DNA of 56,916 nucleotides from Clostridia bacterium (GTDB taxonomy: Bacteria > Bacillota > Clostridia > TANB77 > CAG-508). The DNA is taken from assembly GCA_022794615.1 (NCBI GenBank), contig JAAWFD010000005.1, positions 1 through 56,916 of the forward strand, read 5' to 3'. The notes beneath the pieces were generated by a model. The model searched no databases, was not told where the DNA came from, and saw only the letters and a list, made by a program, of their open reading frames with translations. The translations under genes were made by a program, and so were the position numbers. Numbering within the stretch: the first letter of the stretch is position 1; each line of letters starts with the position of its first letter. This document shows positions 19,543-30,178 of the stretch, piece by piece.

Positions 19543-21810
19543 TTATTTTTTTCTTAAAATCTTTTTAGTAGTTTTTACAAATGCCCTCCATATTGGATAT
19601 TTCCATAGTTTTTCTTCTAATAGCTCTTTTTTATAATTATATTCTTTGTTAGAATATACTCTTTTATATACTTCTTTTTGATACATTTCAGCTTCATATT
19701 TAAATTTATCACTATCATTCATAAGATTTATGCAAATTAATTCTTTCATTAGTTCTGTTGTGTTTGAAAGCATTTTACCATTTTCTATTTTTTCATTATT
19801 TGGATTTTTTACTGTATCTTTAAATATTTGTGATATTTCTTCTGACATTTTAGTTAAAGTGAATTTATTTAATATTTTATTCCTACAATTACATTTATAT
19901 TGTTCTATATTCTTTTCTATTTCTTCTATTGCACTTATGTACAATTCCACTTCTTTTTTATCATATTTGAAATTATATATTTCTGTCTCATTTTGCATAC
20001 ATGGCACTATTTTCCCTACTTCTTCATTTATTAGTTCTGCTTGTCCACCAACATTACTAGATATTACTGGTACTCCCATTGATAATGATTCATAAGCCGT
20101 TAGTGCTAATCCTTCTTTTATTGAACAGTTTATTGTTATGTCTGTAATTGCATATATTTCCTCTGTGGAATCTATATTTCCTAAAAATCTTACGTTTTCA
20201 TCTAGATTTGATGTATGTACTTCTCTTTTTAATTTTTCTAGTAGATTTCCATCACCTACTATTAAAAATATAATATCATTTCTTTTTTCTTTTAATTTTT
20301 TTATTATTTCTAACAATAAGAATGGTCTCTTTTGTTCAGTAATTCTGCATATATAGCTTATTACCGTTTTTTTATTATTTTCTAAATTGTATTTTTTTAA
20401 AATTTCTTGTTTGTTATACTTATTAGGATTGAACTTTTCTTCATCTACACCTATATATACTGTTTTTACTTCGTCTTGCTTTTTATTGAAATACTCTTTT
20501 AAAACTTTTTCTGTTGATGCATTACATACTAATGTTTTGTCAATAACATTCGAATAAATTGCTGCATTTCGTGCATATCCACCATTTCTGTAATACCATT
20601 CTTCCATATGTACATAGTCAAGTATTGGGATTTCTGGATTTTTTGCTTTTACATATGGCATTATATAATATCCATATGTACTATTTGTAGTGAATATTAA
20701 GTTTATATGTTCTTTTTTTATTATATAATTGATAAAACTTAACCAATTTTTTTGATTTAAAAATGTTGTTAAGTCATATACTGTTGCATACTTTTCAAAT
20801 TGTTGTCTTAATGTATTTATATTACTTTCTGTAGTTATTATAGTTATATTAAACTCTTCTTTGTTCAATCTTTTTACTAATTCAAGATTGAATTTATCCG
20901 CTCCTCCTATTATCATCCATGGTATAATCATTAATATGTTTATTTTATTATTATTCTTTTTTTCTGGTGCTACTATTGTTTCTTGTATATCTGCAATTTT
21001 ATCATAGTTGTAATCTTGTTTTGGATATTGAATTGCTTCTACTGGATGCAGTATTGTTTTTACTGTGTTATTTATTATCTCTAACGATTTTTCTTGGTTT
21101 TGTTTGGCTTTTGCTAATTCTCCATCTTTCTTTCTTCTATACCATTGTCCATAATAGTTAATATGTACTGGATATTTTCCTTTAGCAATTAATTTTAACC
21201 AAAAATTCCAATCTTCATTAACTGCTTTTTCTCTTATTCCATACCCATTTACTTCATAAAATGCTTCTTTTCTTATCATGGCAGATTCTACTAAGTCATT
21301 TGTTTTTTTCATTTTTTCTGAATTAAACCACATATTCCATGTATATGTATAACTATCAAATCCTATAGAATCTGTATAAGCCCAACTTGCTTCTTTATTT
21401 GTTTCTAAAGTCCAATAGCAACATTCTAAATATGTTTTTTCAATAAGGTCATCTGAATCTAAAAACATAAAATATTTTGTCTCAGATGAAGCTTTAGCAG
21501 CTCCATAATCTCTTGTAGCTGCTAAACCTTCATTTTCTTTATGAAATATTTTGATTCTATTATCTCTTTTTTCAATCTCCTCTAATTTTTTTAGACTTTC
21601 CTCATCTTTTGAGCCATCATCTATTATTAATAGTTCAAAATATGGATATGTTTGATTTAATATAGAATTAACTGTTTGTTCTATATATTTTACATCGTTA
21701 TAAAAAGGTACTATTACTGATATCTCTGGTGTTTTTTGTTTATATTCTTCTATTTCTAATTTTGTTCCTGGCTCTATCTTAAAATCAAAATATTCTTTCA
21801 TTTTTACCAT
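19543..21810 (-). CDS. Bifunctional GT2 + GT4 glycosyltransferase
   Basis: N-terminal GT-A ('VPFYN', 'DDGS', 'FLDSDD', 'EDW'); C-terminal GT-B ('GGADKF', 'EGLALTAYESLSMGVPVISSNVGG'). Confidence 0.9.
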   Translation of the reverse strand: MVKMKEYFDFKIEPGTKLEIEEYKQKTPEISVIVPFYNDVKYIEQTVNSILNQTYPYFELLIIDDGSKDEESLKKLEEIEKRDNRIKIFHKENEGLAATRDYGAAKASSETKYFMFLDSDDLIEKTYLECCYWTLETNKEASWAYTDSIGFDSYTYTWNMWFNSEKMKKTNDLVESAMIRKEAFYEVNGYGIREKAVNEDWNFWLKLIAKGKYPVHINYYGQWYRRKKDGELAKAKQNQEKSLEIINNTVKTILHPVEAIQYPKQDYNYDKIADIQETIVAPEKKNNNKINILMIIPWMIIGGADKFNLELVKRLNKEEFNITIITTESNINTLRQQFEKYATVYDLTTFLNQKNWLSFINYIIKKEHINLIFTTNSTYGYYIMPYVKAKNPEIPILDYVHMEEWYYRNGGYARNAAIYSNVIDKTLVCNASTEKVLKEYFNKKQDEVKTVYIGVDEEKFNPNKYNKQEILKKYNLENNKKTVISYICRITEQKRPFLLLEIIKKLKEKRNDIIFLIVGDGNLLEKLKREVHTSNLDENVRFLGNIDSTEEIYAITDITINCSIKEGLALTAYESLSMGVPVISSNVGGQAELINEEVGKIVPCMQNETEIYNFKYDKKEVELYISAIEEIEKNIEQYKCNCRNKILNKFTLTKMSEEISQIFKDTVKNPNNEKIENGKMLSNTTELMKELICINLMNDSDKFKYEAEMYQKEVYKRVYSNKEYNYKKELLEEKLWKYPIWRAFVKTTKKILRKK

Positions 21811-21816
21811 CCATCT

Positions 21817-24800
21817 TTAAATTTTAAAAATTTCTTTTATTCTTCTTTTTATTGTAGTTCTATCAAATAATATATAATATATTAGCCTTACAAATCTATT
21901 TCTTTCATTTAAATCTACAATTGGATTATAACTTAAATCTCCTACTTTGTTTGTTTCTAAATTTATATTTCCTTTTTCAAATAGTTTCTCTAATGAACAT
22001 TGACTCTTGCTATTTAAATCTTCTTGCATATCATCTATCATTTTGCGTACTTTTCCTGTTCTTATGTCATCTTCAAATTCTATAGCACTTAATGGTTGCT
22101 TGTCTATCCTTCGTGATGAATTAAAATATGCCATTATTGGTAGTGTTATATAGTAATCCTGATAATATAATATATCTATATCTTCTTTAAATGTTTCTAC
22201 AACATCTTTTACAAATTCTATTGCTGCTTCTTGTATTGTCTTTACTATATATTCTACTTGATATATACTTTCATATTCTTCAAATACTGGTGATACTTTT
22301 TCACCATTTACATCATATGCTATACATGATGGTGCTAGTTTAGAGAATAATAGCTCATATGCATTTCCTGTTGCTGTTGGCTTTGCTGGGAAAAATGTTT
22401 TTAAATTGAATTTTCCCATTTCTGCATACTCAATAGCATCATCTCTATTTATATTTAAGAAATATGTGTCTACACTTTTATTGCATAATTCTGTTAGATA
22501 AAATTCTGGTCTTCCACTATATCCTACATCAAATACAGCTGGTTTTTCTCCTAAAATTGTATTAAAGTATGATTTTAGTTTTTCTCTACTCTTTTTATGT
22601 TCTTCTTCGTTGTAAAAATTATCTACGACTATTTTTATATATTTATTAAATTCTTGTATCGTTTTGAATCTTTTTGTAAATTCTATTTTTTCACTTTTAC
22701 ACAATTGCTCTAATTTATTTTCATCAACTTTTATTATTCTTGATATATATTTTAGTACTCCTTTTGGTGTATGTTTTTCTATTTCTAATATTTCAGATAA
22801 TTTATAAAAGTCTAACTTGCTAACTATCATTATTGGTATTAATGCTTTTCTTGAAACATACATATACTCCTCTGTTGGCATATCTTTGTATAATTCTTTC
22901 ATTATTTTATATGTTTGCATTACTAAATAACCATCTCTTGCCATGAACGATATTTTGTCATAGTTTCCTTGTATGTTATCTATTAGCCATTTTGTTACTC
23001 CAAATGCATACATTCCTAAAGCATAATATCCTATTAGATATGGGTCTGCATTAAAATCAGATTTTTCATTAAATGTTCTAAAAGGATTGTCAAAATACTT
23101 ATTGGCTACCATTGCCATCATTGTTCTTATTCCTAAAAATCTTTGTGACTCTTTATTGTCTTGCCAAAATGGTAAACTTTTTACAAGCATTTGTGATAAG
23201 TCGTTTGTTTTTACTGTATCTTGCATTACTTCTGCTGTTTTTGGAATATATACTGCTTTCATTCCTAAATCTTTAACTCGTTTATAGTCTGTTTCTCGAT
23301 TATCTCCTAAATGTATTATCTCATTTGGTTTTATATTTAAGTCTTTTAATACATATCTATGTAAATCGCCTGTCCATTTTGTTTTCTTTATTGTTGATGA
23401 TAAATACAGTTTTTCTATTTGTGTATATCCATTTCCTTTTAGCATTTTAACTATTGTTTCTTCTGGTAAATACATATCTGATGTACATATTACTTTTTTT
23501 CCTATATCTATTGCTAATTGATATAATTCATATGTTGTATTTCTGCGTTTACAAAATCTTAATTCGTATTCTTTTTCTTTTTCTTTTAATATATTTAATA
23601 TATTATTGTCTATTTCATATAATCCATGTATTGTTTCATATATTGCATCTAATGTTACTTCTTGAACTTCTGGATTTCTTTTAAACTGCTCATCTCTTGC
23701 TATACTTTCTGATACTGTTCTTATTTTTGAAAAACTTATTCCTGCTTTATTGTTACTTATTTTTCTATAGTCTCTGTCTAATAATCTAAATAAATCTACT
23801 GGCTCTAGAAATGGTCTTACTACTAATGTATCAAATATATCAAAACTTACATATTTTACTTCTTTATCTATTATTGCTTTTTTTACTTTTTCTAGCTTAT
23901 CATTCCAATTTGTTTCTACTGATGAAAATAAATTTGCATTTTCTATTTGTTTCTTTTCACTACAAAATGTATCCATCAATTCATTTAATTCTTTTTTTTC
24001 TGTTGCTTTTACTTTTCTTGCTTGTTTTATATAACTTCTATGTTGCATACTATATAAATGTTTCCATTTTAAAAATTGTTGCTCATACTTATCATATATT
24101 TTTACTTCTTTTAAGAAATCTTCTATGAATGAAAATGAAGTCATTAAATCTGATATATTGTTCTTTACCTTATTATAATTTATGTCCTTAATTGATGTTG
24201 AGGTTACTTCGTGTTGACAATAAAATATATTATCATTTTGTGTTCTTGTTATTTTATTTGCATAGTAGAATAATACTGTTGAAAAAGCAAAATCTTCTGT
24301 CATTATTAATCTTTTATTTATTTTTTTATAATGTCTCGTTGCTTCCTTCCATATTTTCATTGAATATATTTTATTCCATATTGTATGCCAAGAAAAATTT
24401 AGCCCTTCTTGTCTAAAGTACTCATCTATGCATTGACTTCCTTTTAATTCTTTGAAATTCATATTAAATAAATTATATTCTATTTTTTTACCACTATCAT
24501 ATTCTAATACTGTATTTCCTATAACTATATCAGAATTATTTTCAATTGCATTGTTCATTAATGTCCTATAAAAATCTATAGATGTATAGTCATCTGCATC
24601 TAAAAATGCTATATAGTCTCCTGTCGCTACTGATGCACCTGTTAATCTTGCTTGAAATAATCCCTTGTTTACATCATGCTTTACATATTTTATTCTGTTG
24701 TCTTTTTCTTGATATTCTTTCATGATTTCATCACTATTGCCTTTTGAACCATCATTTACTACAATTATTTCTAAATTTTTATATGTCTGTTCTATTACAC

Positions 24801-24879
24801 ATTCTAAACTTCTTTTTAAGTATTTTTCGTTATTATAATTTGGTATAATTATTGATAGCTTCTTATCCATTTTATACAT
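21817..24879 (-). CDS. GT2 + HAD phosphatase + phosphoribosyltransferase-like fusion; candidate ribofuranosyltransferase/polymerase
   Basis: GT2 ('IPNYN', 'FLDADD'); HAD motifs 'SFDIFDTL', 'TSDMYL', 'HLGDN..TD'; then 'FMARDGY' and PRPP-loop-like 'VFDVGYSG'. Confidence 0.8.
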   Translation of the reverse strand: MYKMDKKLSIIIPNYNNEKYLKRSLECVIEQTYKNLEIIVVNDGSKGNSDEIMKEYQEKDNRIKYVKHDVNKGLFQARLTGASVATGDYIAFLDADDYTSIDFYRTLMNNAIENNSDIVIGNTVLEYDSGKKIEYNLFNMNFKELKGSQCIDEYFRQEGLNFSWHTIWNKIYSMKIWKEATRHYKKINKRLIMTEDFAFSTVLFYYANKITRTQNDNIFYCQHEVTSTSIKDINYNKVKNNISDLMTSFSFIEDFLKEVKIYDKYEQQFLKWKHLYSMQHRSYIKQARKVKATEKKELNELMDTFCSEKKQIENANLFSSVETNWNDKLEKVKKAIIDKEVKYVSFDIFDTLVVRPFLEPVDLFRLLDRDYRKISNNKAGISFSKIRTVSESIARDEQFKRNPEVQEVTLDAIYETIHGLYEIDNNILNILKEKEKEYELRFCKRRNTTYELYQLAIDIGKKVICTSDMYLPEETIVKMLKGNGYTQIEKLYLSSTIKKTKWTGDLHRYVLKDLNIKPNEIIHLGDNRETDYKRVKDLGMKAVYIPKTAEVMQDTVKTNDLSQMLVKSLPFWQDNKESQRFLGIRTMMAMVANKYFDNPFRTFNEKSDFNADPYLIGYYALGMYAFGVTKWLIDNIQGNYDKISFMARDGYLVMQTYKIMKELYKDMPTEEYMYVSRKALIPIMIVSKLDFYKLSEILEIEKHTPKGVLKYISRIIKVDENKLEQLCKSEKIEFTKRFKTIQEFNKYIKIVVDNFYNEEEHKKSREKLKSYFNTILGEKPAVFDVGYSGRPEFYLTELCNKSVDTYFLNINRDDAIEYAEMGKFNLKTFFPAKPTATGNAYELLFSKLAPSCIAYDVNGEKVSPVFEEYESIYQVEYIVKTIQEAAIEFVKDVVETFKEDIDILYYQDYYITLPIMAYFNSSRRIDKQPLSAIEFEDDIRTGKVRKMIDDMQEDLNSKSQCSLEKLFEKGNINLETNKVGDLSYNPIVDLNERNRFVRLIYYILFDRTTIKRRIKEIFKI

Positions 24880-24899
24880 CCTTCCTATTTTTCTATATT

Positions 24900-25673
24900 T
24901 TATAATTCTTCTGCAAATTTCTTTTGTAATTTGCTAAATAATAAATATCCTATTATACATATTAATATACTTATCCCTAGTACTATCATTAATGATTTTA
25001 TTTCTGGCATTTTTTTATAATAAAATATATTTCTAAATGCTTCTATTATATATGTCATGGGATTATATTTTAGTATCCATTTAAAATTTTCTGGTATTGT
25101 TGATGCTGAATAGACTATTGGTGTTGCATAAAATAACAATTGTAAAAGTACTGTTATAAAGTGTTGTAAGTCTCTAAAAAACACCGTAATACTTGAAACT
25201 ATAAATGATATCCCTATCAATAATATGTATTCAACTAATACTATTAATGGATAAAATATTACATACTTTGTTATTCCAAGTCCATATCCTAGTACAAAGG
25301 CTAATACTATTATTGTAGATATTACAAAATTAATCATTTCACTTGTTACTACTGATATTGATAATATTTCTCTAGGAAAATATACTTTTTTTATGATATT
25401 TCCATTTTCTATCATGGTAAATGCTGACCTTGATATTGCTGATGAAAAAAATGTCCATGGTATTAATCCACAACAAACAAACACTGTATAATTTGTTTCT
25501 GTACTTTTAGTTATTAATGGAAAAACTAGTGCATATACTACTATTTGTAATAGTGGATTTAAAAATGACCAAAATATTCCTAATACTGAATTTTTATATT
25601 TTCCTCTTACATCTTTTTTTACACTTGTTTTTAATAATTCTCTATATTCATACATATTTTTAAATATTTTCAT
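24900..25673 (-). CDS. Polysaccharide ABC exporter permease (Wzm/RgpC-like)
   Basis: 'RGKYKNSVLG.FWSFLNPL', 'IIKKVYFPRE', 'FFRDLQH', 'FYATPIVY', 'NPM'. Confidence 0.93.
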   Translation of the reverse strand: MKIFKNMYEYRELLKTSVKKDVRGKYKNSVLGIFWSFLNPLLQIVVYALVFPLITKSTETNYTVFVCCGLIPWTFFSSAISRSAFTMIENGNIIKKVYFPREILSISVVTSEMINFVISTIIVLAFVLGYGLGITKYVIFYPLIVLVEYILLIGISFIVSSITVFFRDLQHFITVLLQLLFYATPIVYSASTIPENFKWILKYNPMTYIIEAFRNIFYYKKMPEIKSLMIVLGISILICIIGYLLFSKLQKKFAEEL

Positions 25674-25698
25674 GAATTTCCCCTTTCCCTTAAGCTTG

Positions 25699-26448
25699 TT
25701 ACCTTGTTTCTTTTAAATATTCTTCTATTACTTCCTCTGGTTGTCCATCTATTTTTATTTCTCCATTGTGTATCCAAATTGCTCTATTACATAATTCTTT
25801 TACTGAGTCTAAACTATGTGTTACAAACACCATTGTTTTTCCTTCACTTCGTAATTCTTTCATTTTGTTTAAACATTTTTCTTGAAAATGCTGGTCTCCT
25901 ACAGATAAGATTTCATCTACTAATAGTATCTCAGCATCTACATTTATTGCTACTGAAAATGCTAAACGCATGAACATTCCTGATGAATATGTTCTTACTG
26001 GATTGTCTATATATTCTCCTAATTCTGAAAATTCTATTATTTGTTCTAGTCTTTCATCTATTTCTTTTTTTGTTAGTCCAAAGATTGATGCATTAAAATA
26101 TATATTTTCTCTTCCTGAAAAATCCATATGGAATCCAGCTCCTAGTTCTAACAATGATGTTAATTTTCCATATGTTTCTAGTTGTCCTTTATTAGGATAT
26201 ATTATTTTTGTCATTAACTTTAATAGTGTTGATTTTCCACTTCCATTTACTCCTATTAATGCTACTGCTTCTCCTTCTTGTATTTCTAAATTTATATTTT
26301 TTAATACCTCTCTAGTTTCTTTATTATTCCTATTCCAAAATAGTAGTTTTTCTTTTAGGCTATTAGCTTTGTCTAAATACACATCAAATGTTTTATATAC
26401 ATTTTTTACTTTTATTTTTACTGTATCCTTATCTTGCATTTGTTTCAC
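25699..26448 (-). CDS. Polysaccharide ABC exporter ATPase (Wzt-like, no C-terminal CBM)
   Basis: Walker A GVNGSGKS, 'LLELGAGF', 'YSSGMFMRLAFS', 'LLVDE'; 249 aa; true start may be ATG 26439. Confidence 0.93.
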   Translation of the reverse strand: MKQMQDKDTVKIKVKNVYKTFDVYLDKANSLKEKLLFWNRNNKETREVLKNINLEIQEGEAVALIGVNGSGKSTLLKLMTKIIYPNKGQLETYGKLTSLLELGAGFHMDFSGRENIYFNASIFGLTKKEIDERLEQIIEFSELGEYIDNPVRTYSSGMFMRLAFSVAINVDAEILLVDEILSVGDQHFQEKCLNKMKELRSEGKTMVFVTHSLDSVKELCNRAIWIHNGEIKIDGQPEEVIEEYLKETR

Positions 26449-26583
26449 CTTTCTCCATTTTTCTGGACTTTTTCATCTATTTTAATATACACTTTATTCT
26501 ATACTATCTATATTAAAAAATCAAGATTTTTATGTATAAAAAGTCTATTTAAATCAAGTTTTATACATTTTATTTTATTTAAT

Positions 26584-27495
26584 TTAAAGTATATTTTTAC
26601 TACTTTTAGCACTTATTAAAAATCGTTTACTTTTTATCTTTCCTGGTATGTATAGGCATATTAATAATATTTTGTTGTAAATGTTTTTGATTTCATTTAT
26701 TTGTATATTTGTATTTGACAACACAGAAAATAAGATATAATGTTTTATAGTATATAGTCTTTTTTCAAATAGCACACCTTTCATATCTCTTTGTAAAATC
26801 TCTTTAAAATATGCAAAATATCCTTGTGGATTTTCTATAAATACTTTTTGTATATTCTTCGTATAGCCATCTTTTTGATATTCACACACCATAATTGGCT
26901 TATTGCAACAGATTATTTTATACTTTAAATCCATTTCATGATGTAGTCTTGCTTCTGTTCCAAATCTTTCATTATTTTCTAATTTGTATCTATATTTTTT
27001 GCGAATATTGCTAAAATATACTAATGATTTTTCTCCATCTTCTCCTTCTTTAAAATATAAGTCAAACATTGTTGTTTCTTTGTTTTTAAATTCTTTTCCT
27101 ATATTTTTATTTTGTAAATTATATTTTAAAAAACATATTGCATATATGTCTTTTCTGTATTTATTTTTGTTAAATTCCTCTTCTATAATACTAAATGCAT
27201 TTTCTATAAAATAGTCATCAGAGTCACATTCTATTATGACATCTCCTGTAGCATCCATTACTAAGTTATTTATTGCTACCATTTTCCCTTGGTTTTCTTG
27301 TTTTTTATACTTAATTTGTATTTTGTTTTGTTCTATAAATTGTTCTACAATCTGCTTTGTATTGTCTGTTGAACCATCATCCATTATTAACCATTCTATT
27401 TCTAGTTTTTCTTTTATATTTTTTATTAAACTTTCATATAATTTTTTTAGCATTTTCGCTCTATCATATGTTGCAGTTAATATTGATATCTTCAT
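26584..27495 (-). CDS. GT2 glycosyltransferase
   Basis: 'ISILTATYDR', 'MDDGSTD', 'NQGKMVA', 'CDSDD'; start chosen from GGAG RBS. Confidence 0.9.
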   Translation of the reverse strand: MKISILTATYDRAKMLKKLYESLIKNIKEKLEIEWLIMDDGSTDNTKQIVEQFIEQNKIQIKYKKQENQGKMVAINNLVMDATGDVIIECDSDDYFIENAFSIIEEEFNKNKYRKDIYAICFLKYNLQNKNIGKEFKNKETTMFDLYFKEGEDGEKSLVYFSNIRKKYRYKLENNERFGTEARLHHEMDLKYKIICCNKPIMVCEYQKDGYTKNIQKVFIENPQGYFAYFKEILQRDMKGVLFEKRLYTIKHYILFSVLSNTNIQINEIKNIYNKILLICLYIPGKIKSKRFLISAKSSKNIL

Positions 27496-27523
27496 TCTTT
27501 TTCTCCACATTATTAATTTTTCT

Positions 27524-28645
27524 TTATATTGTTATTCCTATTAGTTGTTCTACCTTTTTTATTATTTGTTCATTGTTATATTCTTTTGATTTTTCTGCCT
27601 TTTTTATATTATCTGTATTTTCTAATACTTCTTTTAATCCTTTATATATTCCTTGTTCTGTATTTTCAAATATTTTACTTTCTTCGTATTCTTTTATTGT
27701 TTCTTTTGCTGCTGTATCTGTTATTAATATATATTTTCCTAATATTTGTGCTTCTAGTAATACCATTGGATAGCCTTCATAATTTGATAATAGTGCAAAA
27801 TAATCTGATTTTTTTATATATGGATATGGATTTTCTTTTGCTCCTAATAGTTTTATAGTTTCTTGACATTGTTCTTTTTGTATTATTTCTTCTAGCCTCG
27901 TTCTTTCAGGTCCTTCGCCTATAACATATATATTGTGCTTTTTTCCCTCTTTTATTAATTTTGAATGTACTTTTATTAACCTATCTATTCCTTTTTGTTC
28001 TACTAATCTTGCTACTGTTACTATGTTTATTTCTTTCCCTTTTATTATTTCTTCGGCTTGTCCTTCTTTTGATTTTTCTATTATTCTGTTGCTATCTATA
28101 TAATTATATATTACTGCTTTTTCTGATTCATTTTTATATTGTTTCTCAAATTGTTCTAAATTGTCTTTACTTACAAATACTAATTTCTTAAATTTTTTGT
28201 ATATGTTCTCATCTATATTCCTTTTTATTTTAGCTTTCATTCCTGTTCCATATACTTTTGTTATGTCATTGTGTATCCATGCTATTTTTTTCTCTTTCTC
28301 TTTTCCTTGTGCAAATATTCTAGTGACTGGTCCTTCTAAAAATGCTACTTCTACATCATATTTATTTTTTATATATTTTTTATATATTTTTCTTTTTTCT
28401 AATAAGATTTTTATTGGTATTATTAATTTTCTTTGTATTTTTGTTAGTTCTTTATATTGTTTATTATATATACTTTTTAATTCTACTTCATCATTTAATT
28501 GTTTTTCTAATTCTCCTTTTGCATATATTGTAAATATTGTAATTTTACATTTTTTTTCTTTACTTAATTTGTTTGCTATGTCTACTAATACTCTTTCTGC
28601 TCCTCCTAATGTTAATCCTGTTATTCCAAATACTATTTTTTTCAT
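27524..28645 (-). CDS. GT4 glycosyltransferase
   Basis: 'GGAERV', 'AWIHND', 'VARLVEQKG', 'NPYPYIK', 'EGYPMVLLEA'. Confidence 0.9.
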   Translation of the reverse strand: MKKIVFGITGLTLGGAERVLVDIANKLSKEKKCKITIFTIYAKGELEKQLNDEVELKSIYNKQYKELTKIQRKLIIPIKILLEKRKIYKKYIKNKYDVEVAFLEGPVTRIFAQGKEKEKKIAWIHNDITKVYGTGMKAKIKRNIDENIYKKFKKLVFVSKDNLEQFEKQYKNESEKAVIYNYIDSNRIIEKSKEGQAEEIIKGKEINIVTVARLVEQKGIDRLIKVHSKLIKEGKKHNIYVIGEGPERTRLEEIIQKEQCQETIKLLGAKENPYPYIKKSDYFALLSNYEGYPMVLLEAQILGKYILITDTAAKETIKEYEESKIFENTEQGIYKGLKEVLENTDNIKKAEKSKEYNNEQIIKKVEQLIGITI

Positions 28646-28749
28646 TTTGGAGTTCCTTTCTGTTTGTTAATTATTCTTTCTTATATTTGACTTGTTATTA
28701 TTCGTTTTATCTTCTTTTTTTCGTGCTCATTATATCATATGGTTTTTTA

Positions 28750-28814
28750 AAAAACAATGCCTTTATTGAGCTCCCCTTTATTAAGGTTGAGTTCTATTTA
28801 AAAGCATTGTTTTT
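28750..28814 (-). terminator. Long hairpin closing the amino-sugar cassette
   Basis: AAAAACAATGC / GCATTGTTTTT outer arms with inner GAGCTC/GAGTTC and CCTT/AAGG. Confidence 0.6.
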
Positions 28815-28849
28815 CTAATATTTTTGTATTTAATTGTTTGTTTAATAAC

Positions 28850-29209
28850 CTATATTTTATTAGTATTTATATTCATTATTATAATTCCTATAATAATTAT
28901 AATAGCACCTACAATTCCTTGAGTTGATATAGTTTCTTTTAAAATGACTACTGATGCAATTAATGTTAATATTTGAATTATTCCTGCTGATATCGGATAA
29001 ATATAACTTAAGTTAAACATATTAACAATTCTAGTAAATAACAGAAAACTTAATATATAGCAAATAAATCCCGCACAACTTACTAAACTCATAGAAAAGT
29101 TTAGATTTCCACTTCTTATTAAAATTTCTCCTGTGTTTCCTCCTAATTTCATTAATACTAGTCCTGATGTTGTTAATAATAAATATATTATAATCAACAA
29201 TATTTGCAT
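28850..29209 (-). CDS. SMR/EamA-like 4-TM protein, candidate ArnE/F-type lipid-linked sugar flippase
   Basis: 119 aa, four TMs, 'LSYIYP', 'LKETIS..GIVG..III.GI'. Confidence 0.75.
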   Translation of the reverse strand: MQILLIIIYLLLTTSGLVLMKLGGNTGEILIRSGNLNFSMSLVSCAGFICYILSFLLFTRIVNMFNLSYIYPISAGIIQILTLIASVVILKETISTQGIVGAIIIIIGIIIMNINTNKI

Positions 29210-29275
29210 TACTTAATCTCCTCTTTCTCATAAATAACTTTGATTTTTCCTATAATATTTTACTAAATTATAATC

Positions 29276-30178
29276 TTAAAATCTGCAATTTAATGATTTT
29301 AATTTTTTCAAGCTCGTTTCATTATTGCATTCATAATCAGTAATTACTAATCCTGTATTATCACCACATACGACTACAATATCATCATCTAAAATTAATC
29401 CTACTTGTCCAGGCGTCCCGTATATTGGATAGTCAAATCTTTTACATTTCCAAATTATTACTTTTTCACCATCAATTAGAGTATATGCTCCTGGATATGG
29501 ATGTGATTGAGCACGTATGAAATTATATACTTCCAAATTATTTTTGTACCAATTTATTTTACCATCATCGGGTAGTCTTTTACCACAATAAGTAATTCCA
29601 TCAGAAGATTGTTTTTTTGGTGTGATGCTTTGTGATAAAATTCTAGGATAAACATTTTTTATACATTCAACTATTTCCTTATCTACCTTTTTAATAACAT
29701 CTTCTACAAAATCTTGTTCATCTACATCGACTATTCCTGTTGCCCAAATATCACCTGTATCCATTCCCTCTTCAAAAGAAAATAAAGAAAATCCTACTTG
29801 TCTATCACCATTAATCATTGTCCACACAAGAGGTGCAAATCCCCTGTATTTAGGTAATAAAGAATTATGAATTCCAATAAATCCATTTGGAACTGATTCT
29901 AGGACATTTTTACTAATTAAAAAATACCAACCTAAAACAAAACAAATATCAGGTTTCAATTCATCGATAATATCATTAAGCTGACTTGATTTATTAACAA
30001 CATAAAATGGTATTTCATTATTCGTACTAAATAATTTGAATTCATTAAAAAATGATCTAGTATCTAAACTATCATCTACAGTAACACATCCAACAATTTT
30101 TTCTGGAGAAATATTATAAATCTCCGTAAATGCACTAAACCCCAACTCTTTACTTCCTATAAATAATACTCTATTCAT
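29276..30178 (-). CDS. Sugar N-formyltransferase (Fmt/ArnA-N-like)
   Basis: 'IGIHNSLLPKYRGFAP', 'GMDTGDI', C-terminal 'FIRAQSHPYPGAYT'; start overlaps the epimerase stop. Confidence 0.88.
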   Translation of the reverse strand: MNRVLFIGSKELGFSAFTEIYNISPEKIVGCVTVDDSLDTRSFFNEFKLFSTNNEIPFYVVNKSSQLNDIIDELKPDICFVLGWYFLISKNVLESVPNGFIGIHNSLLPKYRGFAPLVWTMINGDRQVGFSLFSFEEGMDTGDIWATGIVDVDEQDFVEDVIKKVDKEIVECIKNVYPRILSQSITPKKQSSDGITYCGKRLPDDGKINWYKNNLEVYNFIRAQSHPYPGAYTLIDGEKVIIWKCKRFDYPIYGTPGQVGLILDDDIVVVCGDNTGLVITDYECNNETSLKKLKSLNCRF

